The notes under the pieces were generated by a model. It did no database searches. It was not told the origin of the DNA and saw only the letters and a program-made list of their open reading frames with translations. Below are positions 9,401 through 16,796 of a DNA stretch of 64,000 nt, piece after piece. The DNA lies in the IMG/VR virus record IMGVR_UViG_3300044986_000368; one strand, given 5' to 3'. The stretch's first letter is position 1. Each line of letters opens with the position of its first letter. The translations under genes were made by a program, and so were the position numbers. The DNA is from an uncultured virus (IMG/VR IMGVR_UViG_3300044986_000368). Taxonomy: Duplodnaviria; Heunggongvirae; Uroviricota; Caudoviricetes.

Positions 9401-11843
9401 GTTTGCGAAGTTCCGCAAAGGCATCAGCCTTGGCTTTAGTCGCTTTTGCCTCTGCTTGTTTCCACTGCATGAAAGATTGCTCTTTAGCATCAGCCTCTTT
9501 TTTACCCTTGCTGGCATTGATCGAATAGTATCGTTCTTTCAGCTTATCAGCTTTTTCAGCGAGTTCATCTACTTGAAATTGAGCGCGAATATCGGCGGCA
9601 AACTTTTGGGCGTTTGGCCCTATGATGTAGCCTCCGCCGCTCCCAGTGCGTGCAAGATTACCCCCAAGCTGCCGGGGTGTCTCGGTAACTTGAGACTGAC
9701 TGCTGATGCCTGAAAGTGCCTCAGGTTGCTGTTGAAGTTCGCCTCCTGTTCCTCTCTCGTCAGGGGTGGTAGTCCGAACCTCGCCCGTTGCGCGTCGTAT
9801 TCCTTTCGCCTCGCTTCCGCCTTGGCTTTGAGCAAAGCCTTTTTCGAGGTCTGGTCTTGCAAGCTGCATGTCTTGGATGGCTGCTCGCACGCTTGAGAAC
9901 ACTTCATTGATTTTGGCGTTTTCATTGTATTCGTAATCACCCCATTGATTTTTGGGTGTTTTGTTGAGATTATCTTTATCTTTCTGTGCGTTTTGGAGCT
10001 TGCCTTGCAGATAGGCTCGGCGTTTTAACCAATCTGGTTCGGGCAGTTTTTCCAAATCTGGAACTGAAATTGCCGCGTAGGGCTTCATTAAATTGGTGCC
10101 AACTACTTCTTTTTGGCTTGGCGCTGGACTGAGTAGCTGATCGCTAAGGCTTGCTTCAGCGGTTTCCCGGCCTTCAACTCCGTCTTGAGGTTCTTGGAGA
10201 AGGCTTTCTTCGTCGGGGATTTCGATAAGGACATCTTCGGGTGGTGTTGTGGGTTGCGCTGGAATGACGGATTCAAGTCCGGCAGAAACTTCAGGGGGCA
10301 GTTGACCGCGCATTTTCGCAGCGGCGTCAGCAATGATGGCGCGATTGCGTTCAGCGCCTTCGGAAAGGGGAATTGCGCCAGCCTGTGTTGGCGCTGGCAT
10401 TTCAACTACCGCAGGCGCTTCAGCCGCTTGCTCAGGCTGAATTGGCGGCTGAGCGGTTTGCGCTTGAATTGCTTGAAGGTTTTTGGTGATTTGTTCGTTT
10501 GCATTGAGAACTTCTTCTGCGGTTGCGCCTGAAATTTCTGTGCCGGGAACTCCTTTTGTGGCATTAAGATTTGCTCTTGCAACCGGAGTCTCAGGCGGAG
10601 GCGGCATTGAAGGCTCTTCTGCGGGGGCGGCGGGAGTTGTTGGCGCGGCAGCAGTTTCAGTTGCAACTGCTTCGGGAGTCGGAAGCATAAGCTCCTTCGT
10701 TCCGGCAATAGTCTTTGAGGCAAGTGCGCTCGGAAGAGACAAGCCAACATCACCAAGCATCTCCATGTATGCCTCGGTTGGGTTGATTTCCTGCCCCATG
10801 GCATATTGAGCACCAATTTCACCCGCTCCCGCCGATCCTGTTTCAATCGCAGCGCCACCCAATATTCGTGCCACATTGCCTGATGGCGTGAATTGTTGTT
10901 TCGCAGCCGTGGCAGCACTTTTGACAGCCGCATTCAACGCCGGATTGAGCAATGCCGCGTCAACCGCCTCCTTGGAGGCAATATCAACACCAGCGTTGAC
11001 TAGCGTTTTTTGAGCAGCGCGAGCGGCGGCACGCTCTGGAATTGTCATCAATGCGCCAGCGCCCTTCAATCCAAGCCCTTCGACAGCGCCAATAACTGTT
11101 CCGCGAATAGCCCCGGCTTTCAAACCCTCAGACATAATGTCGGGGTTCTGTTTCAGATATGCAGAAATCTCATCCGCCGTCATGTTGGCGGCAGCGCCAT
11201 TTGTTCTTTCGTTGAGGATGTCGTAAATCGCTGGCCCTGCCTCCATTAAGGTATTGGAGATGGCACCGCCAGCGGTGGCTCCAGCAATACCCGTGAGAAT
11301 TGCACCAGGGCCAGTTTCAAGTCCAGCGCCAGCACCAAGAGCACCACCAATGGCATATCCAGCAAGTCCTGTTGCTCCGCTAATCAACGCATTGGGGGCA
11401 GACTGAACTGCCTGTTTGAAGGCAGCTCCCGGATGTCTTGCTGTCGTTCCCAAATATCCCCCAAGAGCTTCAATGGTTTCGAGTGGCCCGCGAGCCTGTT
11501 TGTAAGCCTCCTCGCTTTCCTTAAACTCCTGCATCAAAGCCACATCTTCCGCCGTGCGAGATGCTTCCTGCTCTTTTTGCAGAGCGCCCATTTGAGCAAG
11601 ATATTGAGCGGCATCTTGTTCGTCACCGGTCAGAGCATTGAAAGTCGTGCCAACACCCGATGCCATCTGCCTGAAGCCAACATCAAGAGCACCGCCCAAC
11701 TGAGACAGATAACCGGGCTCTTGACCGCGTGGAATTGCTGGTTTGGGGGTGAAAAATGGAGCCAATTCTTCAGGCGTTGGCTGTCTGTCAGCCTCAACCT
11801 GAAACCTTCTTCCATCCTTGAGTTCGACAAGATATTTGGGCAT
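414..11843 (-). CDS. Giant (3809 aa) polyvalent internal virion/ejection protein with ART-PolyVal-like ADP-ribosyltransferase and HExxH metallopeptidase-like domains
   Basis: Last of a run of virion genes; Ala/Gly-rich N-terminus; FHGS..FDKSK.GSN..GFFF..YL.LNNP..GHDSVII..VVFDPSQIKSADP motif; LTHENMHKG; repeated RYS linkers; helical C-terminus. Confidence 0.8.
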   Translation of the reverse strand: MPKYLVELKDGRRFQVEADRQPTPEELAPFFTPKPAIPRGQEPGYLSQLGGALDVGFRQMASGVGTTFNALTGDEQDAAQYLAQMGALQKEQEASRTAEDVALMQEFKESEEAYKQARGPLETIEALGGYLGTTARHPGAAFKQAVQSAPNALISGATGLAGYAIGGALGAGAGLETGPGAILTGIAGATAGGAISNTLMEAGPAIYDILNERTNGAAANMTADEISAYLKQNPDIMSEGLKAGAIRGTVIGAVEGLGLKGAGALMTIPERAAARAAQKTLVNAGVDIASKEAVDAALLNPALNAAVKSAATAAKQQFTPSGNVARILGGAAIETGSAGAGEIGAQYAMGQEINPTEAYMEMLGDVGLSLPSALASKTIAGTKELMLPTPEAVATETAAAPTTPAAPAEEPSMPPPPETPVARANLNATKGVPGTEISGATAEEVLNANEQITKNLQAIQAQTAQPPIQPEQAAEAPAVVEMPAPTQAGAIPLSEGAERNRAIIADAAAKMRGQLPPEVSAGLESVIPAQPTTPPEDVLIEIPDEESLLQEPQDGVEGRETAEASLSDQLLSPAPSQKEVVGTNLMKPYAAISVPDLEKLPEPDWLKRRAYLQGKLQNAQKDKDNLNKTPKNQWGDYEYNENAKINEVFSSVRAAIQDMQLARPDLEKGFAQSQGGSEAKGIRRATGEVRTTTPDERGTGGELQQQPEALSGISSQSQVTETPRQLGGNLARTGSGGGYIIGPNAQKFAADIRAQFQVDELAEKADKLKERYYSINASKGKKEADAKEQSFMQWKQAEAKATKAKADAFAELRKQNKGFTVAQLEDREPFMVAKTLEKHDLVKMATDMGYVRQGETFAFAQPITPQGTPTPATEGKVMLRGVGSERDATKPEQMTPEELTSIAKQAKEWASTPISEIKRKYQAEFGASDAYMAAYPYAAEIYQERQVALSKITDKKAQKQHASNIQSALEDRKPVSAEAVDTYGIRLPEGYIKQGELYIFQPGATGEPVQAAPTRLDVARQELEQARGVKPNWAPKAERFAQIYEGEDIRPEVAAKNGEALMSAIQNKQWTDLLHPDNKISRKVWKEWTGKALPAGLKASQKAFKDFLDAAYPSPQTTTVATNETAPPSAKGEAVASAELQPVEGSIPTVPKVSAEETVKSTEKSLEAKTPALVNRRVEQILNAGGRTMVDDLDKFLKSLSDQEFNDFVQSDFFEDPSVAIKPTDSRQAKNAKRKAATDALAQGFIPSPKAQKEANAFERAERELEQEQQKQNAQSISNLFSPKRTNPVRNQVKSADVEQAIGELQNSGEVPSAVFTWRGTSADMRRERAKYQAQFPGAVAAAEAENVEGVFENGMSFIFTDRVVVTDLDRAKAKEDGVTPAVAAAKRVLTHENMHKGFWLLPAKQQAQIMRFLREMFPAEELDELAKVYKQYADWRTNPAHEVALLDERLQKYIEETKTIPTDGVWKQFWDYIKEIWRKWTGKPKGEPTLSSMKDVVRLLRGALKNAHKARPDVTVGGDQILIYGYKPFVQTGIATRDGGIGMASISRADDSAREAAIREGVSKTNWNALSATERAKALEEFGLKSILSRYSFDAAILPVRITNKRTGEGRPASVYVAGANPAIEVRFDTRNLTDLQNADAVTAFTGIYDMSQEEVIHTAQHLNAYQKWKDSDSKQDFEDFEVNYYNSMLIDMLQASSDGLSRGDSRVANIVVSAWNLYNPNIPLYDINEIVARLVKSQTAPAFTMEIGRQLIQFNRQDFTTETGWMRFVEAMKKYLTEVLNALRTSLQMVKIGQSGDMIRSEIEQVEAIFDAFEFGGGIDTGIRYSYASESAQNSAAGQQAARSTSYTPRQLEVFFGVRKAYEQMPKQNGPSVPLSELFSKTGELVDNLTQAEFDKIVQDMYADNAALQNDQFEPNSIVILPTGAMQSLSNPALLTLDDAIQRIEGFTADNEDVDSWPDDVQRRFEESEYNSAIQDNDVLAAWELASPDVRDPKLEPLVEIARKGRQHDVEWDKVANELRAAGKYSIENVDAELAKRLPQDIIDAAQDDTSALDEWLASDEVLADAKKPFIAEVEQRIEAAIKRVEDTGRYTWSGSEFEPVEDEDVSVRYSLAASSEVAQKDSEYLAAVEAGDMEKAQRMVDEAAGGDQIIKNASTFDFQTGVRYVVNAFHGSKSQTPITVFDKSKLGSNTFAESAKKGFFFAGSKETASSKDYYIRREFEASESGEEWVRDYNKAIKALIREAVELTSVEEVNDLPFGSGEFVSEWGDISIATLLDGSISDDPEYIISSRMQFLRDELAPALEALGVDAKADIDALSASLPDSYLDTSEGQMVNAYLFLNNPMVFDDNSNEYREQSYADRIDEALENGHDSVIIKNTFDGGPLDAIFVVFDPSQIKSADPVTYDESGNVIPLSQRFQTTSPDIRYSYAQTPAQRSAVSQFKADITEAAQGLPNFADYEGRPIKDFESFPHAKLWFNAYQNAAQELLSKLEKDGMTLEDIFNKFKGDMDFRIALGLYGRDTGGPIAQTILEAQLLQRVYLAINKARTPSQRAQAQKLHDKIAAFFQQGATLRGQNLYVNNLIYQDPRTAFAFGILQAEKKMKDNGTEAVNNAMEGSLPQVKANLSNEIPKVDEQAATAAAEAEEEDSNTSLLREAEEGMDSETKSLWEATKDLFRKIAYLNRRKQQAKSAAKASLSAADFNELDSIPLDEIDKKQAEFLAQAQANLRKLLGQESATDTPSQKATRAKRKKGADVLKKRAEKGQEIDPAEKEAAEIELAENKASQIIYRFEELYRQGFKNPPEGMSKKQQKDSIIKAFRDQVRNPVSFEQFAERLANLKVGEEVAERMFLTASRERADLVRMKDFKIGKRKVEIADKQASRLIYATEERFRQGSKDLTKSTDGDSINKAFRDQVSDPVSESDFAKRLSKLNVSQDVASRLFKTAAREKLDQEAMAAYDLLEGPKAQSKIAREIARMRLGEEIPLKTPIPWLQLFSQRASTVEAYRQRVFDAIASSDVFKNISDAQKTKLADLFAESWNGQREKIINRMIDKNRDMLANQDKKKAAKALNDSRNRILEAVNLGVFDNDELVAILGDKFGIKMKFTEAEKAKLRDLAEQLQDDTLNKAKRNKLGREFLMELEAASQVPMAELMANFWVSSVLSGWNTIISIGLSFLNATGINIVGIHVARAVTAFAKGDVAGAVKAITTMFSDYARHLLSFPSAMNRAWQYLWTGDISFLESGANDPFKKVNSLKEVARYQVVADLIAKDPNAVKAVLGRFMQFMSRLLTALDGFNVMVTKAGTLHAAMLQSNITPEQIRDITLKSDLKIYKDRIVKSEFGGNYPTSLRDKAYLNSLAEAEMYADLSKLGLKVENQDYLAAESAMTLDPTGVGGHFYNLVRSFDTRIMTSTKERLKQAEADWAVKKDPWNALNYVVWNTLNFIAEQGTNITGVRFARFAGNKFNQSVSFIPLAGLLRLYEADNAKLENAQQAFRDSIWRNQIVGVVVTAIGVQLIRAISDEPDDKKRGWFINGGWNNLTPAQKKQKLSEGQREYTLGFGDKVFNYQNWLPSALLAAIGNVSDMIRYSPDEWKSKGFANQVITAGVSGVQSSLEIPALAQLGQLFANDLATKDPAEKAIGRLGQVLAGWAGGFMPRFLKDIDYMTAPDMRRYTTFYEKVASHIPVYRRYVGNDYYDILGNKIQKNAYPGSRDFGKLKDEPEYQMLGALNARGIWLTPANAEYRMVGKGRYRRRLTQEEADAYSLETGKLYKQMILRYGPRALQMPAERAKDYISDKADAMRDLALQRAMRR

Positions 11844-13741
11844 TATTGAATGGGAGTGATTGATCTGACAGGGTTATCAACGCTAACACCAACTTTGTTG
11901 GTGGGCAATGCGTTTCCTGTTGGATTTTTCAACACATCATCCAATACAGCCTTCCAAATCGGCGGACTTCTATCTGACCGCGCAGACGCTCCAAGCCCAT
12001 CCTTTTTCCAAGGTGTAAATTCGGACGGCGTATCAACCAATGGCACGGTTCTCCAATTACGAGAACCAACAAGATTGGCAATCCATTGCTTCAAATCAAT
12101 GTTTTGCCCGTCAACCTTAAACTTAATGCGCTCACCTTCCTTGAGTGAGTTGAAAATCTGTTCTGACGTATATCCGGTTTCATTAGAAATCGTATCAACT
12201 GCGTCACGAATTTTGTTTTTTGAAGCCTCCCACGCATCAGACCATTTCTGAGTATCGTCAGCCCTCTCGCTGATTCTCTCCACGTCACGAATGCGTTTTT
12301 CCAACGTTTGTGGTCGATCTAAAACCTTTTTGATAGAAGTTCCAGCCTGCTCAATCGGAACATTTTGCATTGCCGTTTTCTTGTATTCTTCCAATAGTCC
12401 GGCACGCTCCACCGGAGTCAAATCCGTACGTTTGAGTGTTTCCTTGTAGAAAGAATCACTGCGAGCATCTTTTGGCATGGACATCAACGCGCTCTTATCC
12501 AAAGACGCTGGCTCAATATTGGTGATATTGGCAGATGTTCCAGAAGGGATGAAGGAAGTCATGCCGGGCTGGAATGGCTGTTCTGGACGACCCAGAATAG
12601 GCGCTTGATTGCCCAATCCTGCATATGGTGTCAATTCAGCCTGACTGTAATCAATCGGAGTTACGATTCGATTGCCCGAATTAGCGATAGATTCAGCAGC
12701 TTCGACAAATGATCGCGGGTTAATTCCAGCAATCGGCTCAGCAGGAACCGGAACCATTGTGTTATAGCGAGGGTCGTAGCCCATTTGCAACGCCTGCTGG
12801 ACAATCTTGGACGACTCTAATTCATATGGTTGAGGCGGCGCTTTGGTCGGAATTGGCTTGCCATTTGCATCTGTTAATGGGGGGAATTCGTCCTCATTGA
12901 TGGCTTCACGCGCTTTAGCTTCACGCTCAAGGGCGTTTTGATACAGCTTACGGTATTCCTCAAAAACTGGATTCACCCCACCACGACGAGTGCCGGTAGA
13001 TGAAGGTGATTGAGTTCCGAAATACATACCATCCTCTTCTGGAATTGGTATAATTCTAGCAGATGGATTTGGATGAATGCCCTGATTCACCATGAAATTA
13101 TTGACTCTTGCCACACCGGCTGCATCACCAGCAGCTTCAAGTTTCATCATCTCTTCAAGGCCGCGTTGAGCCAACGGAGACATTTCCGCTGGTGGTTTTT
13201 GCGTAGCCTTATATTTAGCCTCAGACACAGCAATCGGCCCACGTTGAGCATACTGCATAGCCTCTTGCGGGTTTATGCCAACGCCAGCCAATTCAGCCGC
13301 ACGGGTGGTAATCTCCTCCTGACGACGCGCTTCCGCCTTCTGTTGGGCGTCAAACATCCTGTCGTTATTCTCGATGTAATTTTGAACACGCGGGTCGAAT
13401 TGCGCCATCGGGAACTGCTTCAGCACGGCCTGCTTGCGCTCCAGATAGTCTGGTTTCTGTCCGTCCACGTCAAATAGAGCACCAACTGCCTGCTCAGCCT
13501 GCATCGCTGCCTCACGTTCCCTGCGCAGCTTTTCGGCATTCTCACGAATCATGTCGTATTCGTTCTGAATCGCCTGAATTTGCGCCATCGGACGCTGGTT
13601 GCGAAGTGCCGTCAACGAGTCTGCCACCTGCATCGTTCGCGCCCAAGGTGAATCAGGCTCGACTTGACGGGTGCGTTGAAAAACCGGCTGCTGTGGAGCC
13701 TCCGAAATTCCAAGGTATTCTGGCAGAGAGATGACGGGCAT
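11843..13741 (-). CDS. Putative internal virion (ejection) protein, 632 aa
   Basis: Gln/Ala-rich helical N-terminus; stop overlaps the giant-gene start; podovirus-like synteny. Confidence 0.6.
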   Translation of the reverse strand: MPVISLPEYLGISEAPQQPVFQRTRQVEPDSPWARTMQVADSLTALRNQRPMAQIQAIQNEYDMIRENAEKLRREREAAMQAEQAVGALFDVDGQKPDYLERKQAVLKQFPMAQFDPRVQNYIENNDRMFDAQQKAEARRQEEITTRAAELAGVGINPQEAMQYAQRGPIAVSEAKYKATQKPPAEMSPLAQRGLEEMMKLEAAGDAAGVARVNNFMVNQGIHPNPSARIIPIPEEDGMYFGTQSPSSTGTRRGGVNPVFEEYRKLYQNALEREAKAREAINEDEFPPLTDANGKPIPTKAPPQPYELESSKIVQQALQMGYDPRYNTMVPVPAEPIAGINPRSFVEAAESIANSGNRIVTPIDYSQAELTPYAGLGNQAPILGRPEQPFQPGMTSFIPSGTSANITNIEPASLDKSALMSMPKDARSDSFYKETLKRTDLTPVERAGLLEEYKKTAMQNVPIEQAGTSIKKVLDRPQTLEKRIRDVERISERADDTQKWSDAWEASKNKIRDAVDTISNETGYTSEQIFNSLKEGERIKFKVDGQNIDLKQWIANLVGSRNWRTVPLVDTPSEFTPWKKDGLGASARSDRSPPIWKAVLDDVLKNPTGNALPTNKVGVSVDNPVRSITPIQ

Positions 13742-13747
13742 ATAGGA

Positions 13748-14485
13748 TTACGCTTTGGCCTTTTTCTTGTTCATCGCGCCTTCAACAATAGCTTTTCCCG
13801 TGTAGCGAGGCTTGACGCCCCAAGGGTCTTGCTTGTCGGTGACGCCTGTTGGCACGGCAGTTGCATAGCGATTGGAGACGCCTTGTTCGCCCGCTTTCTT
13901 GGCAAAGTATTTGGAGGCTGGCATACCTTCGATCATAGCTTCACCTTGATTTTCTGTGCGTGGTGTGGCGATTCCAGTGCCGTAACGGCCAACCACTGCG
14001 GTTCCGCCATTGCCAAATTTAACAGCGGTGCCGATTCCCGGCATCGTCTTAACTGTGGATTCTTTCAAGGCTGATTGTGGAATGGTAGCCATTTGCGCAA
14101 CCTGTTCTGGAGTCAGTCGGGTCATTACGCGCTCAGCTGCCGCCATAGGCATAGTGGCATTTTCATATCCAAGCATCCCACGCTCACGCAATTCCTGCCT
14201 GCGTCCAGCGACGTTGGCGCCAGCCTCTTGCATCATGCGCTTGCGGCGGGCCATTTCCAAGAGGTAATCAAGGTCAACTTGAGGTGTGGCTGGACGCTCA
14301 CCGCCAATATACACATCCTCAAATTTGGGAGCCAGCTTAGTCAAGTCGAGGCCGAAAGATGGCGCTTGATAGTCCAACCCGCCAGTGGAGACTGTAGCAC
14401 GGCTTGGCGTATTGATATTGAGAAGAGAGTTCGGGTCTTCCGCCAAAGCGGGGAAGTATTTCTTGAAGCGGTTTTCTTCAGCCAT
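13748..14485 (-). CDS. Hypothetical virion/internal protein, 245 aa
   Basis: Tightly packed ORF in the virion operon. Confidence 0.55.
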   Translation of the reverse strand: MAEENRFKKYFPALAEDPNSLLNINTPSRATVSTGGLDYQAPSFGLDLTKLAPKFEDVYIGGERPATPQVDLDYLLEMARRKRMMQEAGANVAGRRQELRERGMLGYENATMPMAAAERVMTRLTPEQVAQMATIPQSALKESTVKTMPGIGTAVKFGNGGTAVVGRYGTGIATPRTENQGEAMIEGMPASKYFAKKAGEQGVSNRYATAVPTGVTDKQDPWGVKPRYTGKAIVEGAMNKKKAKA

Positions 14486-14488
14486 AAA

Positions 14489-14977
14489 TCAAAGAGAGTA
14501 AGAGGGTCTGCGTGGAAACATCGAATTGGTCACTGTATTTCGCCCCCAGCTAGAAGGCGAGCGCCCCATGTAGTTGCGAAGCGGGCCTTGACCTTGGGAG
14601 TTGCCGTAATTCTTGGTGTCACCCATGTCCTGCTGAACTTGATCCGCCATGATTTGCTGGAACTGGTCAGGAGGGGGTGTCATTGCATCCAACTCCAAGG
14701 CCGTGCGGAATTGGTCACGGCTCTTGACTCCACGCATGACTTGCTCGCCAACGCGGAATGGGTCACGGCTTGAGCGACCAACTGCTGCGGCAGGACGTTC
14801 AGATAAAGGAAGCGCCCAAGAATAGGCAGGACTTTCCAAGGCTTGCCGAGCAAAGGTGCCAGCGCCGTATCTCGCAGGGTCTTGAAGGCGCTCCGTAGTC
14901 GAAGGCATGTATTGCATGTCCTTCTGTCGCTGGACACCGGAATACTGACTAAAACTGCGTGCTGATGCCTTTGCCAT
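14489..14977 (-). CDS. Hypothetical virion/internal protein, 162 aa
   Basis: 3-bp spacing to both neighbours. Confidence 0.55.
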   Translation of the reverse strand: MAKASARSFSQYSGVQRQKDMQYMPSTTERLQDPARYGAGTFARQALESPAYSWALPLSERPAAAVGRSSRDPFRVGEQVMRGVKSRDQFRTALELDAMTPPPDQFQQIMADQVQQDMGDTKNYGNSQGQGPLRNYMGRSPSSWGRNTVTNSMFPRRPSYSL

Positions 14978-14980
14978 AAT

Positions 14981-15946
14981 TTATCGAGTTTGAGGAGTGG
15001 AACCTGCCGACTGCGGGAACCAAAACGGCATCGTAGGCCGAATCGCGCCACGATTTTGCTTAAGTCCCTGATTGAGAATCTGATAGCACTTCTGCCAACG
15101 TTGCTCGGCGGCGGCTTCTTCATACGCACCGTCATTTTCCAGCTTCACGGCGATCAATGCGTGCTTCAAAGCGCCAAGGTTGTCAGGCCAAACAAGGTCG
15201 GTTTCAGCCACGGCAGGGACGTAGCGACGTTTGCACAGGCAGCGCAGCCAGGGCTTGCCGTCGCTCCGGCTTGTCATCGTGCCAGTCTTGTAGCGGCGGT
15301 AAATTGGGTTCGTCTCGCTTGGCTCGTAAACGGAAAGCTCAACGGGAGTGCCGCTCACAACCACGTTCAGCGTCACGGAACCAAGGGTCGCAGGCTTAAC
15401 GATCTGCGTTATGGTCATGGACGTTGCACCCGTCACCGTGGTATTTGCCAGCGTAAGGGCCAAACCAGCGTTGCCAGACGAGTCAAAAACCTCGTCTCCG
15501 TTCGTGTCGTAACCGTAAACGCGCACGATTTTACCTGCGTCAGCGGCGTTGGCGATGACAAGCTGCGGCAGTCCAGCATCGGTCTGAAACTCCATCGTGC
15601 AGCAGTCGCCTTGGTCAATGATCGTGCGAAGGTTCTCATCCATTGCCTCGTCATCGAAATACCCCGGCCCCGAAGTCATGAACTCAACCATTCTCGGATA
15701 TACGCCAGTGGGATAGTTCACGCGGGTAACTCCGATGATTGATTCCCAGCGTCTAGGAAGCGTGATGTAGCCTGTCGAAGTCTGGAAATCTACCTGACCA
15801 TAGGTGTTTTTCCACGCGCCAGAATTTATGATCCGCTCGCAGGCTTGGTTCAAATACGGCAAAAACAACGTCGAGTTAACGTCGTTGGGATCAACTTGCG
15901 TGTATAGCGCAGCACGGGCGGCGGCAACTGTTAGACCTGTGGGCAT
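14981..15946 (-). CDS. Putative head-tail adaptor / tail tubular-like protein
   Basis: YLNQACERII...YITLPRRWESI N-terminus and helical C-terminus typical of podoviral adaptor proteins; first gene of the operon. Confidence 0.55.
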   Translation of the reverse strand: MPTGLTVAAARAALYTQVDPNDVNSTLFLPYLNQACERIINSGAWKNTYGQVDFQTSTGYITLPRRWESIIGVTRVNYPTGVYPRMVEFMTSGPGYFDDEAMDENLRTIIDQGDCCTMEFQTDAGLPQLVIANAADAGKIVRVYGYDTNGDEVFDSSGNAGLALTLANTTVTGATSMTITQIVKPATLGSVTLNVVVSGTPVELSVYEPSETNPIYRRYKTGTMTSRSDGKPWLRCLCKRRYVPAVAETDLVWPDNLGALKHALIAVKLENDGAYEEAAAEQRWQKCYQILNQGLKQNRGAIRPTMPFWFPQSAGSTPQTR

Positions 15947-16000
15947 TGCCCGATTCTAATCCGTGCGGCATTTCTGGCAATAGGTAATTTTCATATTTGA

Positions 16001-16065
16001 GCCGAACTTCCGCTGGAGCCGACAGACTCGCTTTGGCTCGCTTGCGGCTCAGCTATTGGTTAGCT
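16001..16065 (+). mobile_element. attC-like site A (65 bp)
   Basis: R'' GCCGAAC, L'' GCTG(G)AGCCG(A)C, L' GCGGCTCAGC, R' GTTAGCT; two extrahelical bases in the left arm. Confidence 0.85.
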
Positions 16066-16329
16066 GAAATAAGTTTGCAGCCAATTCCCACACGGAAGCG
16101 GATACCAAATGTAGCCGTAAAAAGAATTGTCGCCACTTTGATGTTGCTCGACGTATACCTCTCCGAATTGCAAGTCTGGTTGCGCCTCGCCTTCGGGGGT
16201 GTCCACGATTCCTTGCAGCCCCCAAAGAGAGGTGTCCGAATTGTGCGCGATGAGTTGTCGCAAAAAATCAGCTAACAAGGTGGTCGAGGCGACCGCCACC
16301 GGCTCCGTAGTAGGTTTGGGATCGTTCAT
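16060..16329 (-). CDS. Cassette gene 1, hypothetical 89 aa
   Basis: Start lies in the loop of attC B; TAA stop lies inside the R' box of attC A. Confidence 0.75.
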   Translation of the reverse strand: MNDPKPTTEPVAVASTTLLADFLRQLIAHNSDTSLWGLQGIVDTPEGEAQPDLQFGEVYVEQHQSGDNSFYGYIWYPLPCGNWLQTYFS

Positions 16330-16384
16330 AGTCTAGGAATGGGTTGGGGTTGCGGGTAGCGTCGCCTCACCTTCGGCGTTCGCC
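16270..16384 (+). mobile_element. attC-like site B (115 bp)
   Basis: AGCTAAC-AAGGT-GGT(C)GAGGCGAC(C)GCCACC...GGTAGCGTCGCCTCACC-TTCGGC-GTTCGCC. Confidence 0.85.
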
Positions 16385-16731
16385 TCCAAGTCCTCGATCT
16401 TGCGCTTGGCCCTTTGGAGCCGCGTGTAGAGTTCACCAGCGCACCACCACTGCACTTGGTCAGTCGTGGTCATGTCGATGATTGTGCCATCGTAGTCTTG
16501 GCCGTGGCTCTCGCCATCTGTGCCCGCGCGGAAGCTCATTTCTTCCTCGCCGTATTCGATTTTGACGATGTAGTCGCCCGTCTGGTCTAGGTGCCATTCA
16601 ACGAGATCGACGCCATCGGTAATGCCGATAGTTTCGACTATCTCTTCCAGCCATTCGGGAGGACAACCCGGCTCTGCTACCAACCTCTGGGGCTGGTCTT
16701 GGGTCATTGTTAGTGTGCTTGCTTCGGTCAT
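16333..16731 (-). CDS. Cassette gene 2, hypothetical ~132 aa (MTEAST.../MTQDQ...)
   Basis: Acidic ORF; ATG 1 nt after the MTase stop, inside the attC C loop; the 213-aa call in the ORF track overextends into the MTase. Confidence 0.7.
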   Translation of the reverse strand: MTEASTLTMTQDQPQRLVAEPGCPPEWLEEIVETIGITDGVDLVEWHLDQTGDYIVKIEYGEEEMSFRAGTDGESHGQDYDGTIIDMTTTDQVQWWCAGELYTRLQRAKRKIEDLEANAEGEATLPATPTHS

Positions 16732-16796
16732 GTTATTGGGCCTTTGTCGTGTTGTCCTGGTCGTGCCCCAGGGTTGGCAGAGATTGAGCGTTGGGC
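16661..16796 (+). mobile_element. attC-like site C (136 bp)
   Basis: GGACAAC-CCGGC-TCT(G)CTACCAACC(T)CTGGGGC...GCCCCAGGGTTGGCAGAGA-TTGAGC-GTTGGGC. Confidence 0.75.

Noticed and set aside
501..11849. Many + strand ORFs of 60-220 aa opposite the giant gene (likewise opposite portal, terL and scaffold)
   Set aside because: Antisense shadows caused by codon bias; no motifs or initiation signals
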